Source: Felis catus (Eukaryota). From it: 64,000 bases of DNA. Made by a program: the position numbers and the translations under genes. Below are positions 59,906 to 64,000 of the stretch, piece after piece. How positions within the stretch are numbered: position 1 is the stretch's first letter; each line of letters starts with the position of its first letter. The notes under the pieces are model-generated. The model saw nothing but the letters and a program-made list of their open reading frames with translations, was not told the DNA's origin and searched no databases. The stretch spans positions 111,664,001 through 111,728,000 of the forward strand of contig NC_058368.1 in assembly GCF_018350175.1 (NCBI RefSeq), written 5' to 3'.

Positions 59906-60861
59906 TGTCTCAGTTTTGACAAGGACGAGGACTTTCCCAGCCTCCCCTTTGGGGATTGTCTTGGAGCCCATGCCTAATTCCCTGGCATCCTTTCTCTGGT
60001 CGTGCTCCTTTCTCACCACCTGGGTCACCTTTGGGGCAGGAGGTTCAGTGTTGAGACCAGACATGAGCCATTCACCCGATGCCTTATGCAGAGCAGTTGT
60101 CAAACCCTGACCTACAGTAGCTTCGTGCTTTTGTGTGGCTGGTGTGCCATCCATGGATGGTCTTTGCAAATGGGATTATACGCAATTGCTTGTGGAAGGG
60201 CTCTTGTTTTTTTATAGGAACCCTGTGGTAAAGAAAAAAACCAATCCTTTGGTAAAGCAAATGATGACCAGCTAATTTGTCCCTGCTCTGACTTCAGGTT
60301 AGTGTATGTACTGAAAGAACTTTGTCGGCCATCTTTTAGAGAAATGAGTGGCATCAGCTGGCCAGAAAATCCTTGAGGGAGTGAGGTCAAGGGGCCCTGG
60401 TGATGATGAGGTCTTCTTAGTCACCTGGTTCTGCCTCTCAGTCTCAGAAGTGAGGCAAAGGGCATTTGGTATTTCCCATAAATGAACTGTCACTGTTTCC
60501 AAACTTTCCATTGGGTTGAAGAGCTAATTCTGTGCATCCTCTCCTACCGCCAACAGACCCTCTCTCAGCCCCTGTGCAGCCCTAGCGGGTCAGCATGGAT
60601 GGGGGAAAATACCACCTTGATGGTCCAGGTGGTCTCCTGGGAATGTTGGCCTGGGTTTTCATCCCGGTTTTGTCACTGGCTCTCTGTGTAAGCTGAATCG
60701 TGACTTCATCTTCTGAACTCAGTCTCCTGCCCGATACATCTCTTACAGGTGTGTGGGGCTCACTCAAAGGTAGTGTTCAAATCCAGGAAAGCCTGAGGGT
60801 TGAAATATACCAGTTAGCAAATTCTAATCTTCTAGTATGATTTTCAAATGCTTGATCTTCT

Positions 60862-61062
60862 TTTTTTTTTTTTTTTTTTTTGAGAGACTGGGAGGTAGTG
60901 GGGGAGGGGCAGAGAGAAAGAGGAAGACAGAGAATCCCAAGCAGGCTCCATAGCTGTCAGCGCAGAGCCTGACACAGGGCTCAAACCCACGCACTGCGAG
61001 ATCATGACCTGAGCCGAAACCAGGAGTCGGACGCTCAACCGACTGAGCCACCGAGCTGCACC
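60862..61062 (-). mobile_element. Can-SINE (SINEC)
   Basis: Poly-T tail, body and head '...gtcggacgctcaaccgactgagccacc'. Confidence 0.93.
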
Positions 61063-63384
61063 TATATCTTCTGTTCTAATGTGTAACCTTCGTGCATAGG
61101 TTCACCTTACTTCCCTGGGCCTTAGTTTGCCCATCTGTGAAACAAGATGGGTTGATCCTGGGTTGGCACGGAGGAGAACTAAATTCTCTCTCTCTCTTTC
61201 CTTCCCCAGCAAAGGCAGACATCCCTAATGAACTCCCAAGAATGCAGTCCTTCTCAGAAGAGCAATCGGATAGCCTGCCAGGACTAAGCTACCCAGGTTT
61301 GGTTCAGGGCTGAAGCTGTTTGCCAGTCATGGAGAGTAAATGCTCACAAATCATCTGGGAGGTACGGACAAGAGAAGCAAGGTCCGGGGAAGCTGACTTG
61401 CCTAAGACTTGGGAGGTAAGGGCATCTATGAACTGACAGCTGGCTTTGGAAAGATTGTTTGGGTGGATTCTCATGTTAGGAACATACTGAGCAGGTCTAA
61501 CCCCAGGCCAGAGTGGGCCATTCGTGTGTTCCAAAGGCATCAGCTTTCTTTCCTGCCCGTCCCCCCTGTCTCCCCCCCCCCCCCGGGGCCCTTGACTTTG
61601 TCCTCTGATAAAGGTCATTGTGTTTGTGTCCTTTTGTCTGCCTGCTTCCCCTCCGGGGGTGAACACAGTAGACCCTGACAAGGATGCTGCCAGTTCTTGC
61701 CAAAACAGATCCGTGGCCATGGCCATGGCCCTTCCTGGGGCCTAGGGCCTGAGAGCTTTCTCTGGAACGAGGATTTGGGGCTGTGTGTCCTAGGGTGTGT
61801 CAGCCTTTAGAAGCAAGCTGATTTCCCACCTTTGGAGAAGTCTTTCTGCTCAGAAGTGCTCCACGCAGAGTTATTTGGGGGGCAGGGAGGAGGACGGGGA
61901 GAATGTGCTGCCTCTCTGTGTGCGTCCAGTTTGAGTGTTTCTGGACGTTCCTCACCTCGCTTTCTTCATTGTTGGGTGGCTCAGGAAGGAAGGGTCTGCC
62001 AGGTGGGGCCTGAGCTGAGATCTGGAGTGAGGAGCCAAGTAGGCAGTGCGGCATTTGGTTTGGGCTTCCCAGCTCTGTAGAGTGGTTGCTGGGGGGTCTG
62101 CCTCCCCGTTCAGACCAAGGGTTGGAGGTCCCACGGGAGAGGCACTGGTCCTCTCTGGCGTCTGTCCCTTCTCGTCCCCTTCTCTATTTTATTCTTTCCA
62201 CTTTCCTTAAGAAATTGATGTAATGAAGACGGTCAGACCCCAGTATGCGACTTCCACACCCCAGATCTAGATTCCCCTCCCCCCACTCCGCAGGCATGTC
62301 CCAGGGGCCACGTGCCCCTGCTCGCGAATCTGGGCATCTCAAACAGGCACTTGGCTCTGACCTGGTTATTTAACAAATTCATTTGGGGGCGAACTCAGAG
62401 ATGAGGATCGGAGGAGAGAAAGAATTGTCTTTTCTTAACTGTCCCCAGGACGCCTTGAGCAGGCTTGGAGGATTCTCGCTAATCTAATCCCTGTCAGAAA
62501 AGGAACGATAAAACAATTCAGGCTTTAGAAGCCAAATCCCCTTCCTGCGCTTGCACTGTTTCTGTATCTCTCCCTTCCCATCTCCCCCCGTCTGCAATGA
62601 AGCCGAGGTGCCTTTCTCGGTGAGGGTTTCAGTGGATAAAGGATTTCATACTTCGCTCTTTCATTTTTCATATTTAAATTTGCTTTGCTCTCCGGTTTGA
62701 CTTTCCACTGACCCTTGAAGAATTGGCGTATTTCAAGGAGGGGGAAGAGATCTCATTATAGGAAATGAGAAAAATGGAGCAGAGTTTTAAAACTTTTAAT
62801 GACTAAAACACAGTGTTCCAAATCGGTATTGCATCGGAGTTGAAGTCACTGTTTGGTTACAAGTCTTTTAGGCCTAAACGGGGTTGATGACATCTGTTTA
62901 ATTTTAGATGTCTGGAATACATTCTGAAAATAATGAAATCCAAATGTATGACCAAATTAGAGAACAATTTTATCTGCGACAAAGAAGTTTTTAAAATAAG
63001 AGCAAACATTTCGACCAAAGTTTTAAAAGACCCATCAAACCTTTGGTCATCTTGCCTTGACTTTTCCCAGTGGATCTCCACGGTTGAGAGAACTTTCCTT
63101 TCCTTTTTGTGTGAATCAGACGTTATTAAGTAATTTTATACCCATTTTCCTATCCTTTCTCTGGGCGTGCGCCCTGCTCTGTGCTGCCAGCCCTGGAGAG
63201 ACCTTGTTTAGGGGAGTGAGGAACCTTTCCCAGGAAATCTCTCTTGGTGAAGCATAGGGCTCAGGTCACAGACACTCAAGGGCCACTTGTTAGCTGTTCC
63301 CTAATAAGCTGAGCAACCTGGGAGGGGCCTCAGGGAAAACTGAGAAGTGCAAAGGCCTTGCTGATGGAGGAGGGTCCTACACTG

Positions 63385-63450
63385 GTCATGTGCTGTGTGA
63401 CTGGGGCAGATCCCTGACCCTCTCTGGGCCTCACTTCTTCCATCTGTGTG
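63385..63450 (+). mobile_element. MIR core fragment
   Basis: 'tgctgtgtgactggggcagatccctgaccctctctgggcctcacttcttccatctgt'. Confidence 0.65.
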
Positions 63451-64000
63451 AGCAGCTCAGGATTCTGGGAGCCTTGTTGTGCTGGCTTCTCTGCTGGTAG
63501 GTTCTGTTGTGGTGAGAACCCCTTCCTGTTGGGAGGTGTTCCGGATAGTTCTTCTCCCACTTCCTAGGAGCCCAGCACCTAGGCCGATAGGGAGACTGCC
63601 CATGTGAGTCTCCTTGTAGGCAGACAGACACCCCCATGTCTACTCTACACACTGGTAGATCCAGTGTGTAGACAACTCCTCCATCCTTGGCAAGACTTTC
63701 ATGTATAGACAGTAAGTGAATTATGGTCGCAGTTTTACCTGAAGTCTTAAAATACTTGGCTGCTTGGCAAGGTCATTCTGCCTTTCCTGGGTGTTTGCAC
63801 CTTCCAAACATCTATAGACTCTTATCTCCCTGCCTTGTCCCCTTGCTCCAGGGTCAGCTCAAGTCCTCCCCTGAGAACGAGCCCCTTGTCTCTTGAGTTC
63901 CCCCAGTGCCTCTGCCGAGTGCTGTTGGGCCAGGCTCAGCCGGCCCAGGGTCAGCTTCCTGGACCATCGTCTACACATTTCACTCATGGCTTGGGCTTGT

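Noticed and set aside
11433..61051. Recurrent MAQSVKRPT.../LTAQSLEPASDSVSPSLS ORFs suggesting a gene family
   Set aside because: All are Can-SINE translations
1..64000. Naming a host gene or claiming a novel multi-gene system
   Set aside because: No exon of any protein I recognise is present; locus identity needs a genome alignment

Overview
Mammalian non-coding genomic DNA from a felid (cat family), judged from about 25 tRNA-derived Can-SINEs of the SINEC_Fc type. I find no supportable protein-coding gene, RNA gene, CRISPR array or prokaryote-type system; the long ORFs in the track come from simple repeats, SINEs or GC-rich sequence. The window looks like a large intron or intergenic regulatory interval. 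It holds old L1, L2 and MIR fragments, MaLR/ERVL LTR relics, hAT-Charlie and Tigger DNA transposon fossils, and microsatellites. Points of note: (i) a near-perfect 479-bp tandem duplication of an inverted SINE pair at 40807-41809, bounded by a SINE-head+TSD direct repeat; (ii) an ~11-kb block (about 25750-36950) almost free of recognisable repeats, with CpG pockets, homeodomain/GATA/TATA motifs and two splice-site-bounded exon candidates; (iii) nested insertions with readable target-site duplications (TSDs), including four SINEs inside a Charlie fossil and a ~42-bp L1 3' tag. Repeat family names come from my recollection of consensus sequences, not a database search, and boundaries of old repeats are approximate. 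The host locus could not be identified.
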